Assembly: GCA_023205875.1 (NCBI GenBank)
Contig: CP060757.1
Location: 496,001-560,000, forward strand
Reading direction: 5' to 3'
DNA: 64,000 nt
Origin: Chloropicon primus
Taxonomy: Eukaryota
Shown: positions 20,539 to 30,425 of the stretch, in pieces
Position numbering within the stretch: the first letter of the stretch is position 1
Layout of the letters: the number at the start of each line of letters is the position of its first letter
Program-made: the position numbers and the translations under genes
The notes under the pieces: model-generated
The model's database searches: none
Seen by the model: the letters and a program-made list of their open reading frames with translations, nothing else
What the model was told of the DNA's origin: nothing

Positions 20539-23500
20539 ATGAGCGCCGATTACTTGAAGCGTCCTGGAACTGTCGCGCACGGTGAGAGGCCAGGGACGAC
20601 GTCCAAGCCGACGCGAGCGAGCCTGGACGCGCTTATGGAGGACAGGGCGGGAGCGAGCCCTTCCCCCGGCGAGGGCAGGAGGAAAAGCCTGAGCATTGAA
20701 GAAATGCTCGCTGGAGGGGGCACAGACTTCCCGGAGGTGGGGAAAACCTCGTCCACGGGCGAGAGGGGGTCCCCGTTGAAGACGAAGAAGTCGCAGGATT
20801 TTGGTGGCTTCCCTTCCTCGAGGAAGCTTCACACGAGCTCAGGAGCGTTCGCGACTCAGAGGTCGCAAGGAATGAGCCCGGAGCTCGGCAGCTCGATGCA
20901 CTCGGAGCGGCTGGGACTGTCCACGGCTTTCAGCCAGTCGACCACGAATCGAAGGGCGAAGACTGCGGGGAGTGTGACCTCGCCCAAGTCAAAACCAAAT
21001 CGAACGAGCAGGACAAGAGGGATGAATATGAACATGCTTTTCGACAGCCCGGACGTATCTTACCGCAAGGAGAGGGCAACGATGTCCACCGCAGGTGCGA
21101 GCAAGCGCGTCGGGACTGCTTTGGAAGGGAAAGGCATGAGCCTGGACTTCCTGTTGCCCAAGACGATGATCCCAGAGAAGCACGAAGTCGCAGAGCGCTG
21201 GCCGATCGTTCCAAATTTGCTCAGGGCGAGAAACCTCTCCTCCTTCAAGTCCCTCAAGGACGAGGGCGTCTATTACGATGCCGAGAACAAGCAGTGGTGC
21301 AAAACTGTCTTCCCGTCATGGCAGCCGGGATCGAGGGCTGACGCCATGATGCTTCGGAAGTGGGCGAACGAAGCGATAGAAAGCTTCAACATGAGTACCC
21401 CGAAATCAAACGTCCTGGAGGATATGAAAAGAGCTCAAAAGATTCTCTCCACGGCGTTTCACGAGCTGACCAGGCAGGTCCTCATCAGCTGCAGGGAAAG
21501 GGGCGAGCTAATGGCGGAGCTATGGAACTCTCAGACCGTGCTATTCGCGAGGGCCATGGAGATATCCGAATTGGAGCTCAACCGGACGCACCTCAAGCTT
21601 GAAGAGGCTGAGAACAAGGTGGAGGAAGCCAAGCAGGCTGCTTTGGACGAGAAAATCAACCAGGTTCTCAAGAGCAGGCAAATCGCGGACGAGAACGAGT
21701 CGATGAAGAAGGAGCTCAAGGAACTCAGGAGGAAAGTCGATCGGCGGGTCGTGGAATCCAGCAACAGCCCTGATGCATCTATTACCTCTGTTGCGAGGCG
21801 AAGGTCCAGGTTTGCGTCCCAGAAGATGGAAGTCCAACGCGTCGCTGCGAGCAGGGAGCCACAAAAGGAAGACGCGGACCACGCTGAGGACGAAGCCAGC
21901 AAGATCGCGAGGGCGAAGAGAGCGAAGGGCGGGAGGAGGGCGTCCACTCGCACGTCCATAGTATTGCACAAGCTTGATGAGAAGGCGGACCTCATAGCCA
22001 ACTTCCAGAAGAGAGAGGACAGCCTTGCCGAAGAGAACACGATGTTGAGGGAGATGCTTGCCTCGGTCAAATCCGAGTTTGTGGATCTGCAGAGAGAACT
22101 GATTCGGTTGGAGCAGGTCGAGTTCAACGTCTTGGAGCTCACAGGACGCGCCGAGTACGCAGAGAGCAGGTTCGAGGATATCTCTGACCAGATGAGGTCC
22201 ATGACGCCAAGGCCAGAAAGGAACTTCGGAGCTGTGGGCGTTGACAGCGACGAGATTGATACCCAGGACCTGATGGATATCCTGAACGATGCGCTGGACG
22301 AGCCCAAGTACAGGGACATGCCTGCGGAGTCTCTCACGAGCATGCTTTTGGGTCAGACAGACAACGGCGTCCCTCTGCAACCTTACATGTCCTTTAGGGG
22401 TTGCCTCGAGCCGATCGTGTCGTCCTCCGCGAACAAGATGTCCCGCAAGAAGTTGGAGGACGCTCTCAAGTGTGGAGACATCCAGAACCTGGAGGATGTC
22501 TGCCCGCACGAGGTGATCCTTCTGATGCAGCGTGCGCTGAGAGACAAATTCGAGGTCGTGAGCTTCTGCAACTTCTTGTGCGGCATCGATGCGTGCAGCA
22601 ACCCAATAGACCCTGATTACTTCGGCAGCATTTCTCACATGGGGGTCCCAAGGCACGAGCTCCTGTCGATGATCAAGAACGGAAGCATGCCAACCGCGGA
22701 GCGCGTCAACGTTCTGAACGAGGACAAGAGGAAGATGAGGAGGGAGATCCAAGATGCGAAGGACACCTTGAACCGGTTCATGCAGACGGAGCAAAGGAAA
22801 GAGATGGCCAGGAAGAAGAGAGAGCAGCAGCAGAGGAAGATGAAGCCAATCGACTTGTTCCTGGCGGACTTGGAGTCGAGCGACCTGTCAAAGTACAAGA
22901 GCTTCATTGGGTTGGGCAATGGGTCTGACGTCCCAAGCTTCCTCAGGTTCCATGGCAAGGTCCCTGTGAAGAAGATGAGCAAGAGGGAGACGGAAAAGAT
23001 GACCAAGGAGATCTGGAAGGCCAAGTTGGAATGGGAAGCGAAGACCGGGGACCAGTTCTACCTGATCGATTTCGTGTACATCTATCTCAAGGACGCCGTC
23101 GGCATTCAGTCCTCGATCGCCATGGAGGGCTACAACTTTGTGTTCTCGCTGAAGAAGCACTCTTACGATGTGGACTGCGAGCTGTTTTTGAAGATTCTCA
23201 CGGGAGAGGTCATGGAGGAGGTTTACCTCGAGCAGCTGGAGCTGCAGACTGGCATCGAGAAGCTCATGGTGACCCTGGACAGGGTATCGAACAAGAAGGA
23301 GACGGGGTTCGTGGACAAAACTGAGCTGAAGAGCGCGCTCCTGTCTTACTTCTGCGTGGGGCAGCCCAACGGCAAGCAGACCACCAGGTTCGAGGAGCTC
23401 CTGGAGAAGCTGAACACGGAGCAGCCCCTGGCCAAGGTCGACTACAAGAAGCTGCTCAAGGAGGACGAGGACTTCAACCAGGGCCCTTTCATGGAGTGCG

Positions 23501-23805
23501 CGAGGGAGCAGATGCTCGTCGAGAGGATCGAGTACTTCAAGGAGCTGGAGAACTTGATCTACGAGGAGACGGGCTTCGACGAGAAGTGCGACGAGGAGCA
23601 GGTGAGGAGCGCCCTGCAGAACCTCAACCCGGACCTGTCCAAGCTGGAGCTGCGAAAGAAGCTCCAATCGTGCTTCCCCAAGGGCGTCGAGGTCACGACG
23701 GTGGCCCTGGCCCTCGCCACGCTCAAGAGGGGGGCCACGAAGATCTCCGCGACCAGGGGGGGGAAGAAGGGCAAGCGGAATGCGAGGGCGTCCATCATCG
23801 GATGA
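20539..23805 (+). CDS. 1088-aa protein with axonemal dynein light chain p28-like segment, coiled coils and TSNAXIP1-like C-terminus
   Basis: AFHELTRQVLISCRERGELM (p28/AXDND1-like); FIGLG.GSDVP.FLRF.GKV...MSKRETEK...EIW and YNF...L.K.SYD.DCELFLKIL.GE (TSNAXIP1-like). Confidence 0.72.
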   Translation: MSADYLKRPGTVAHGERPGTTSKPTRASLDALMEDRAGASPSPGEGRRKSLSIEEMLAGGGTDFPEVGKTSSTGERGSPLKTKKSQDFGGFPSSRKLHTSSGAFATQRSQGMSPELGSSMHSERLGLSTAFSQSTTNRRAKTAGSVTSPKSKPNRTSRTRGMNMNMLFDSPDVSYRKERATMSTAGASKRVGTALEGKGMSLDFLLPKTMIPEKHEVAERWPIVPNLLRARNLSSFKSLKDEGVYYDAENKQWCKTVFPSWQPGSRADAMMLRKWANEAIESFNMSTPKSNVLEDMKRAQKILSTAFHELTRQVLISCRERGELMAELWNSQTVLFARAMEISELELNRTHLKLEEAENKVEEAKQAALDEKINQVLKSRQIADENESMKKELKELRRKVDRRVVESSNSPDASITSVARRRSRFASQKMEVQRVAASREPQKEDADHAEDEASKIARAKRAKGGRRASTRTSIVLHKLDEKADLIANFQKREDSLAEENTMLREMLASVKSEFVDLQRELIRLEQVEFNVLELTGRAEYAESRFEDISDQMRSMTPRPERNFGAVGVDSDEIDTQDLMDILNDALDEPKYRDMPAESLTSMLLGQTDNGVPLQPYMSFRGCLEPIVSSSANKMSRKKLEDALKCGDIQNLEDVCPHEVILLMQRALRDKFEVVSFCNFLCGIDACSNPIDPDYFGSISHMGVPRHELLSMIKNGSMPTAERVNVLNEDKRKMRREIQDAKDTLNRFMQTEQRKEMARKKREQQQRKMKPIDLFLADLESSDLSKYKSFIGLGNGSDVPSFLRFHGKVPVKKMSKRETEKMTKEIWKAKLEWEAKTGDQFYLIDFVYIYLKDAVGIQSSIAMEGYNFVFSLKKHSYDVDCELFLKILTGEVMEEVYLEQLELQTGIEKLMVTLDRVSNKKETGFVDKTELKSALLSYFCVGQPNGKQTTRFEELLEKLNTEQPLAKVDYKKLLKEDEDFNQGPFMECAREQMLVERIEYFKELENLIYEETGFDEKCDEEQVRSALQNLNPDLSKLELRKKLQSCFPKGVEVTTVALALATLKRGATKISATRGGKKGKRNARASIIG

Positions 23806-23933
23806 GTAAAAGTAAAGCTGCTTTACAAACAACAGCCCGCATGCGTGTTTTTTTTTAATGTAAACCAACAACGACAACGACGACGAGTGAAAAGTTGCTC
23901 ATCGCGGAGAACCCGCCACCACCACCGCCCTTT

Positions 23934-24266
23934 TCAACTCCCCTTTCCCTTTTCACCGCCACCGCCCTCGCTGGAGAGCGCGGCCAACGACGACGCGACC
24001 CGGTCTCTCAGCTCGATGCAGTCCGCGATCGAAATCCAGGTCTCCACCACGGGAAGCGGCTCGATCGCGACAGCTCTCGCGCCCACGACATTCTCCGCGT
24101 AGTACCTCTGCAGGTACTCCCGGAGTCTCTCGCTACGCTCCCTCGACCCGTACCCGCCATACGTCGCGGCCTTGGTCGCAACCCCGCCGCCTCCCCTCCT
24201 CCCGACGGCACTCGCGGGCCCCACCCTCTTCTCGAACCCGAACGTCTTGTACGCGTACGTCGCCAT
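23934..24266 (-). CDS. Hypothetical 110-aa protein
   Basis: Host-like codon usage; minus-strand TGTAA at 23823-23827 downstream; motif-rich upstream region. Confidence 0.55.
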   Translation of the reverse strand: MATYAYKTFGFEKRVGPASAVGRRGGGGVATKAATYGGYGSRERSERLREYLQRYYAENVVGARAVAIEPLPVVETWISIADCIELRDRVASSLAALSSEGGGGEKGKGS

Positions 24267-24324
24267 CGTCGTCGTCCGTGGCTGTCTCGTTCCCCCTCTG
24301 AGGTGAGGTCACACTCCCATCGAT

Positions 24325-24385
24325 TTTGAAATTGATGTGCCAGTCCGCCGTTACTCGATTACACTTATTATTAGCCCAGCCGTTA
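24325..24385 (-). promoter_or_regulatory. Two MSA-like (TAACGG) motifs plus a CHR-like (TTTGAA) motif upstream of the 110-aa gene
   Basis: CCGTTA at 24348-24353 and 24380-24385; TTTGAA at 24325-24330. Confidence 0.45.
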
Positions 24386-24809
24386 CAAATCGATTTTCGT
24401 AAATCACGAGGTGCTTGATGGAGGGCGTCGTCATTGAGTCGTCGGTCGTCGTGACACAAGCGGCTGAGTAGTTAGTTCCCCTTCCTTTTGCCGTCGGTTT
24501 GAGAGGGGGACATTGATGGTGATGGGAGAGAGCAAGGATAAGGTCTGGCTGCAAACAATCGTCCCGACATCACTCGGCTTTGTCCTGGTGAACCGCACCC
24601 CGGCTTACTGGTCATTCATTTGGGAGAACCCCGGCGCCTCGGAAGACGTGTCGTGTGAGAAGGAAAGGGAACGGGTCTTGAGGTTGCTTTCGCTGCCCCT
24701 GCTTGCGCTCGCCTACTTGGTGTCGCTCCTGCTGCTGTACCTGAGGGACTCGAGTCTCGAGGAGAAGAAGACGACGAAGACGAAGAGCTACGAGGCGTTG
24801 CGAGGCACG

Positions 24810-25712
24810 ATGCCGCCCCAAGCGAAGACCCTGACACTCGACGGGCGGGAGCCCGTGAGCGTGAGCATCGCGCTCAAGCCGAGGCCGCCGACCGCGGCCC
24901 CCGGGGGCGCGGCCTTCGGCGACCTCGTGAAGGCGGCCGCCCGGGCCGAGAGGGACCTCAACGTCCGGGAGGCGTTGGCGCTGTACGAGAGGGCGCTGGT
25001 GGCGAACCCCTCGGACAGGGAGACCATGCTGCAGGCGTGCAAGGTGAGGTGCGACTTGGGCTTCCTCATCTTCGACGTGATCCACGACGGGCCCATGAAG
25101 CAGTTCTTCACCTGCCGCGAGGAGGAGACGGAGGAGGCGGCGACGGCCCTGGTGAGGCAGGCCCTGGAGGGCGCCCGGCAGCTCACGGAGCAGCACGAAG
25201 ACGACTACAAAGCGTTCACCCTGCTTGCCCTGTGCATCGGGAGGTCGATCCTGCTGGAGTCCCAGAACAAGGCCAAGGTCCGGATGGCGGGGGAGATGCA
25301 CGACGCCGCGCAGCGGGCCGTGGCCCTCAATCCCAAGGACGACGCCGCCCACTTCATGCTGGCCCGGTGGAACAACGACATCGCGAGCCTTCCCAGGGTG
25401 CTGAAGACCTTGGTCAGGTTCATTTACGGGTCCTCGCTCAGGGGCTCCTTCCAGAACGCGGTGCAGTCCTCCCTGACAGCCATCGAGCTCAATCCAACGA
25501 ACCTCGTCAACAAGGTCGAGTTGGGGAGGGCGTACACCGGTCTCGGTGACCTCGCGAGGGCCAAGGCCGTGTACGAGGACGTCCTGGGCCTGCAAGTCGT
25601 GGACGTGAACTCTGCCCTCTACAAGCAGATCGCGTTGGACGACATCGAGAGGATGGACCAGGGCAAGCCCGTCGGCAGCCTCGCCAGGCCGTGGTGGGCC
25701 ATCGGTGGATAA
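24810..25712 (+). CDS. RMDN (regulator of microtubule dynamics)-like TPR protein
   Basis: AQRAVALNPKDDAAHFMLARW...A.L....K.....IYG......SF..A......AIELNP. Confidence 0.75.
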   Translation: MPPQAKTLTLDGREPVSVSIALKPRPPTAAPGGAAFGDLVKAAARAERDLNVREALALYERALVANPSDRETMLQACKVRCDLGFLIFDVIHDGPMKQFFTCREEETEEAATALVRQALEGARQLTEQHEDDYKAFTLLALCIGRSILLESQNKAKVRMAGEMHDAAQRAVALNPKDDAAHFMLARWNNDIASLPRVLKTLVRFIYGSSLRGSFQNAVQSSLTAIELNPTNLVNKVELGRAYTGLGDLARAKAVYEDVLGLQVVDVNSALYKQIALDDIERMDQGKPVGSLARPWWAIGG

Positions 25713-26368
25713 ACCTTATCGCTATTATTTCAAGAGTCTTTGCATGTAAACAAGGGAATCTAACACAACGCACCACGAGGAGTCTCCGAGCGGAGCTGAA
25801 CACACACTCTCTCTAACCCCTCGCCATGAAACGAATTCTGGGTCCCTGCTGCTGTTCTTCTCCTTCTCCTTCTCGCTCTGGGTGGTCACGTCCGCCATGA
25901 ACTTCGCGCTCTCCGGGTTGTCGAGCCTATACACGAGCATGTGCATGTAGGGCGAGGTCCACGTTCAGCCATCTCTGTAGCCCAGGTTGCAGTGGGGGAG
26001 GCGGAGGCTGAGGGTCAAGGTCGTGCGGCCCAACGACGAGTGGATTGACAAGCAGAGGCTGGTGCCTCCGGCCGTAAGGTCCGTGGTCAAGGGGGTGGAC
26101 AGAGTCTTTCATAGCATCTTCGGAGGGTAGTGGGCAGGGGTCCACGCTGTGTATTGTATGGATCAATCATGATCGCCAGTTCACTAGGGGCTCCATCGGC
26201 GAGCCGTGGACCATGGCGATGGCGTGCAGCACGAGCCACCTCTCCGCGCCGTGGAGGGAGGGGAAGCAAAGGTGGACTCTCCCGAGCCTGAGAAAATAAG
26301 AGCGGCAACAAAAGGGGAGTTTATAAATACTACAAAAGCTGTGTTTTTTCCAAAAGTGATCCCATGGC

Positions 26369-26388
26369 TTTTGGCGGGAATTTTGAAA
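26369..26388 (+). promoter_or_regulatory. E2F-like site with adjacent CHR-like motif (TTTTGGCGGGAA TTTTGAAA)
   Basis: Matches the TTCCCGCCAAA consensus, about 90 nt upstream of the ATG at 26471. Confidence 0.5.
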
Positions 26389-26470
26389 AATCGTGGGAGG
26401 AGAAGCGAACCGAAAAACTAAAAGTAACGGACGGGCGTCGAGGCCGAGGGACAGAAGACGGAGCGAGACC

Positions 26471-27616
26471 ATGCCCAAGGGGGTGTTCAATAACAAGCGC
26501 CGCAAGAAGAAGCCGTACGGAGTGCGTATCGGTCGCAGCTCGCCATACTACGCCACCGTGGCGGAGGCCGTCGCCGCCCTCGAGGCGTACCGCGCGGGCA
26601 AACTCAAGAAGAGGAAGACCGACCGAGCCGCGCTCGCGGTGAAGCGCGCCCGCGACCTGGCGATCTACGGCCGGAGCTCCGCCACGGAGCGCGAAGTGGC
26701 GCTCGCCCTCGACGCCGCATGGCGGGCGACCTTCCCCGGGAGAACGGCGCTCGTGCTAAACGACGGCACGAAAGCCGACGTGCTCCTCCGCCTGAGCGAG
26801 GAGGACGCGTGGCTGCCGGTGCAGCTCAAGACGACGGGGGGCGCCAAGAAGGGTGAACCGAATACGTGGCGCTTCCACAACGTCACCGGCTACTCGGGGA
26901 TGTGTGTGGTGTGCTGGCGGTGCGACGTCGGCGATGCGTGGGTGTACAACGGCAACGCGCTGAACGAGCGCGGCAAGCTGGACCTGAGCGTCACCCCCCG
27001 CCGCAAGAACTGTGAGCTCGCGCTCGCGCGTGACCTCAACCTCGACGCGCTCGTGCAATGGCTGAGCGAGCAGGCCCAGGCCCAGGCCCAGGCCCATCTG
27101 TGTCGGTGGACGACCGTCACCGAGCACGCCGCGCGGCACGACTTCGCGTCCGCGGCCCAAGCGCTCGAGATGCGCGGCATCGACGCGTTCAAGGCGAGCT
27201 TCCCAAAGCACCGCTACGCCTTCCCCGAGGGACAGAACACCCAAGTCGACCTGCTCAAGGATGCGACGACGCGCCAGCAGTTCAAGACGGCGCGCGCGGC
27301 GTCTAACGGCGTCGCCGGGTTTATGTGCGACCTGCACACCTACGCCGGGCGTGACGAGGCGGGCAAGCAGCTGAAAGATCCTTACCCGGCAGGGGCGTTC
27401 GACGAGCTAGTGGCGGTGGCGTGGGTGGAAGGCAAAGCATACTTTTGGATCATCCCCGCGGCAGAGCTGGAGGCGAATGGGTACCTGCGATCGGAGTCGC
27501 AGCCTGGGAAGACGTGCCTGAAGCTGCACGCGTCGCAGATTGGCGTGCAGCCGAACCCGCACGCGTGTAAGAAGGTAGACACGTGGACCGACAAGTACTT
27601 CCATTCCGCAGCTTAG
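26471..27616 (+). CDS. Putative endonuclease with basic N-terminal DNA-binding segment and two PD-(D/E)XK-like modules; foreign codon usage
   Basis: DGTKADVLL...WLPVQLKT and NTQVDLL...RQQFKT...PY..GAFD.L...YFWIIP..EL...GYL. Arg is coded mostly by CGN, whereas neighbouring genes favour AGG/AGA. Confidence 0.6.
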   Translation: MPKGVFNNKRRKKKPYGVRIGRSSPYYATVAEAVAALEAYRAGKLKKRKTDRAALAVKRARDLAIYGRSSATEREVALALDAAWRATFPGRTALVLNDGTKADVLLRLSEEDAWLPVQLKTTGGAKKGEPNTWRFHNVTGYSGMCVVCWRCDVGDAWVYNGNALNERGKLDLSVTPRRKNCELALARDLNLDALVQWLSEQAQAQAQAHLCRWTTVTEHAARHDFASAAQALEMRGIDAFKASFPKHRYAFPEGQNTQVDLLKDATTRQQFKTARAASNGVAGFMCDLHTYAGRDEAGKQLKDPYPAGAFDELVAVAWVEGKAYFWIIPAAELEANGYLRSESQPGKTCLKLHASQIGVQPNPHACKKVDTWTDKYFHSAA

Positions 27617-28997
27617 CTTTCATCATGCTTTTTTTTTCTCGTCTTCTTCATCTTCTCCTCGAGCAACCGATGTCTCTCTCTGTCTCTCTCCCAATCATAT
27701 ATTTCATATCTTTTTTATATATAGAAACAATACATATATAACACGCCCCCCTCTCTCTCTCCTTGTTTAGATGAGGTCGCCCCCCGCGCTGATAAAGCCT
27801 CTGGAGCCCTAATTGTGGACAGCAGTCAGTCGTTGCTGCGAGAGTCACCTCCTTGGCATCACGGCCTTCGTCGACAAAGGCGAACAACCACACACACAGA
27901 GAGAGTCAGAGTCAGAGTCAGAGACAGAGACAGAGAGACAGAGAGACAGACAGAGAGAGATTACCTTGGCAAGGAGAAGGATACGATCCAAGACTCGCGA
28001 ACGTAACGCGAGGTGGTCGAGGTTGTGGACCAGAGTTTTCCTTTTCTCTCTCTCTCTCTCTCTTACGAATGCGAATGAGAGAACGGAATGAGGCAAGCGA
28101 GTAGCGCTGGGAAAGGTCGGGAGGTCGGGAGGCAACGCTTATCGTCGTGTTGTGTTGCTCGCTTCCCTCGTCCTCAACCTCCCTTGCGCGCCGCTGTTTC
28201 GGTTTCCGATCAAAGCAAACCGCCGGCAAACGCGATCGATCGATCGATCTGATCTGATCGTGCAGAGAGGGAGGTGGGTGGTGAAAATATGGACAGAGCA
28301 CAACTCTGCAGGGGATGCGACGGATGAATGGAGAAGGGGACGAGGGAAAGAGGGAAAGAGGGGAAGAGGGGAAGGACTTGATTGCTCTCTCCATTGCTTT
28401 CGATGGATCAAGAAATGAATGGATCAGCCGCTTGCTTGCTTTGGAACGTACGGATTTGGAATTTCGATCTCGCTTCCTTCCTCGCTCCTCCTCCCAGGAT
28501 AATGAACGTCTCTCATAGAATATTTTATCGCGCGGAGCAAGAAGAGCCGTCTGACGACACCTCTCACAACCCCTTCCAGGTCCGCGAGGGCGGGAGACGA
28601 GGTCTCCGTTCCCGCAGGAGAGATCCCGGAGAAGGCCTTGCATTTAGCGCTGGCTGCTCTTGTGAGGAGGCCGCGAGGGACTTCAGCTCATGCGAGGGTG
28701 TTTGGGTTCATCCTCCGGCTTGAGAAAATTTGTCTATTCTAGAGAATACAGAATAGGGGAAACAACTATAGAACAAATCCTGTTCGAGTATAGTCGTGCT
28801 TGTGGATTCCGCCGCGACGGTTCTTGTAGGCCACGTCAACTTGCAACGCGAATTGCTGGCGGAGCCCGAGAGCCGAGCGCGGGCAGAGCCGAGGCCCACG
28901 ACGACGAGGACGACGAGGACGACGAGGACGACGAGGGCGATCCGAGGTTGCTCGTGTCTCGGTTTAGGTTTTAGGTCTATACCGCACCGCACCGATT

Positions 28998-29816
28998 ATG
29001 GCGACGACGTCGTTGTGGAGAGGGGGGTTGAGTTTGAGGAGGGGTTTGGTGGCCCTCCTGTCGGCGAGGGGTTTGGTGGCGTCGTCAACTCCAGCTCCAT
29101 ATCCCTCGTCGTCGCTGGGTCGCTCCCTGGTCTTCGCCGAGGCTCGGAGGGACTTCCCTGCTCTTCGCCCGTGCTTCAGCAGCAGCGCGTCGCCCGGCAC
29201 CCCGCTGTTCATTCAGACGCAGGAGACGCCGAACCCCCTGAGCCTTATGTTCGTTCCCGGGAGGGACGTCCTCGCGTCTGACGGGGGCGGCTCGCGCGAC
29301 TTCGCGGACGCCAAGGCCGCGAAGAGGTCCCCGCTGGCCCAGCGCCTGTTCAGGATAGAGGGGGTTCGCGGGGTCTTCTTCGGGACGGACTTCATCACGG
29401 TGACCAAGGCCGAGGACGTGGAGTGGTCCGTGATGAAGCCAGAGATATTCGCGACGATTACGGACTTTTTCGCGTCGGGGAGGGAGATCCTGAACGAGGA
29501 AGTCGCCGCGGAGGAGGACGAGGGCGACGAGGACGACGAGGACGAGGACGAGGTGGTTCTGATGATCAAGGAGCTCCTCGACACCAGGATAAGGCCCGCG
29601 GTGCAGGATGACGGCGGGGACATAAGGTTCGTAAGGTTTGAGCAAGACACTGGGGTCGTCTTCCTGGAACTTCAGGGCGCTTGCGCGGGCTGCCCCTCCT
29701 CCTCGGTCACCCTGAAGAGTGGGATAGAGAACATGCTGATGCACTACATTCCGGAGGTCCGGGAGGTCGTGGAGTACGACCCGATGGACGAGCGGGGCAT
29801 GCCCCTGTCCTTCTGA
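28998..29816 (+). CDS. Mitochondrial NifU-like Fe-S scaffold (NFU4/NFU1 type)
   Basis: [60 protein letters not shown]. Confidence 0.95.
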   Translation: MATTSLWRGGLSLRRGLVALLSARGLVASSTPAPYPSSSLGRSLVFAEARRDFPALRPCFSSSASPGTPLFIQTQETPNPLSLMFVPGRDVLASDGGGSRDFADAKAAKRSPLAQRLFRIEGVRGVFFGTDFITVTKAEDVEWSVMKPEIFATITDFFASGREILNEEVAAEEDEGDEDDEDEDEVVLMIKELLDTRIRPAVQDDGGDIRFVRFEQDTGVVFLELQGACAGCPSSSVTLKSGIENMLMHYIPEVREVVEYDPMDERGMPLSF

Positions 29817-30425
29817 GAGAGAGAGAGAGTTTCTCTCTCTGTCTCTCCGCTCGCCGGTCGTCGCGTAACGGACCAGAGTCTTCTATTACATAAACATACA
29901 TTCACAAACGCGAAAGAAACGAGCGCCCTTCCCTCTCTCCCTTGCTCCCCCCTACAAGTAGTAGTCGCACACATCGATCGCGGATGAGGCCCTTCCTCTC
30001 GATGAGCGGCCAGCCCCCCTCCCCCCCTCTTCTCATCCCGCAGTCCACCACCAACCTGTCTTCGCACTACATTCCGGAGGTCAGGGAGGAGGCTGTGGAG
30101 TACGACCCGATGGACGAGCGGGGCATGCCCCTGTCCTTCTGAGAGAGAGAGAGAGTTTCTCTCTCTCTCTCTTCCTCTCCCCCTCCCACCCCTCCCCTCT
30201 CTCTCTCTCTCCACTCTCCTCCCTAGTAGTAGTCGCACACATCGATCACGGAGGCTTTCGAGTCCTGCAGCAGGAGCACCAAGTAGCACCTCACCTCCCC
30301 ACGCTGGGCGACCCCCCCCTCCCTCCGGTCCCCCAGGAGGAGGTCTCGAATGAGGCCCTTCCTCTCGATGAGCGGGCAGCCCCCCTCCTTTCTCATCCCG
30401 CAGTCCAGCACCAACCTGTCTTCGC
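29741..30425. repeat. Imperfect tandem duplication of [NFU 3' end + spacer + F-box 3' end]
   Basis: 29741-29838 matches 30064-30160; 29957-30065 matches 30225-30425 with an internal deletion. Confidence 0.9.

Noticed and set aside
25960..25975. In-frame TGA as selenocysteine
   Set aside because: No redox motif or recognisable SECIS; the context is broken by other stops.
26250..27750. Calling the endonuclease locus a defined transposon
   Set aside because: No terminal inverted repeats, target-site duplication, poly(A) tail or transposase motif could be seen.
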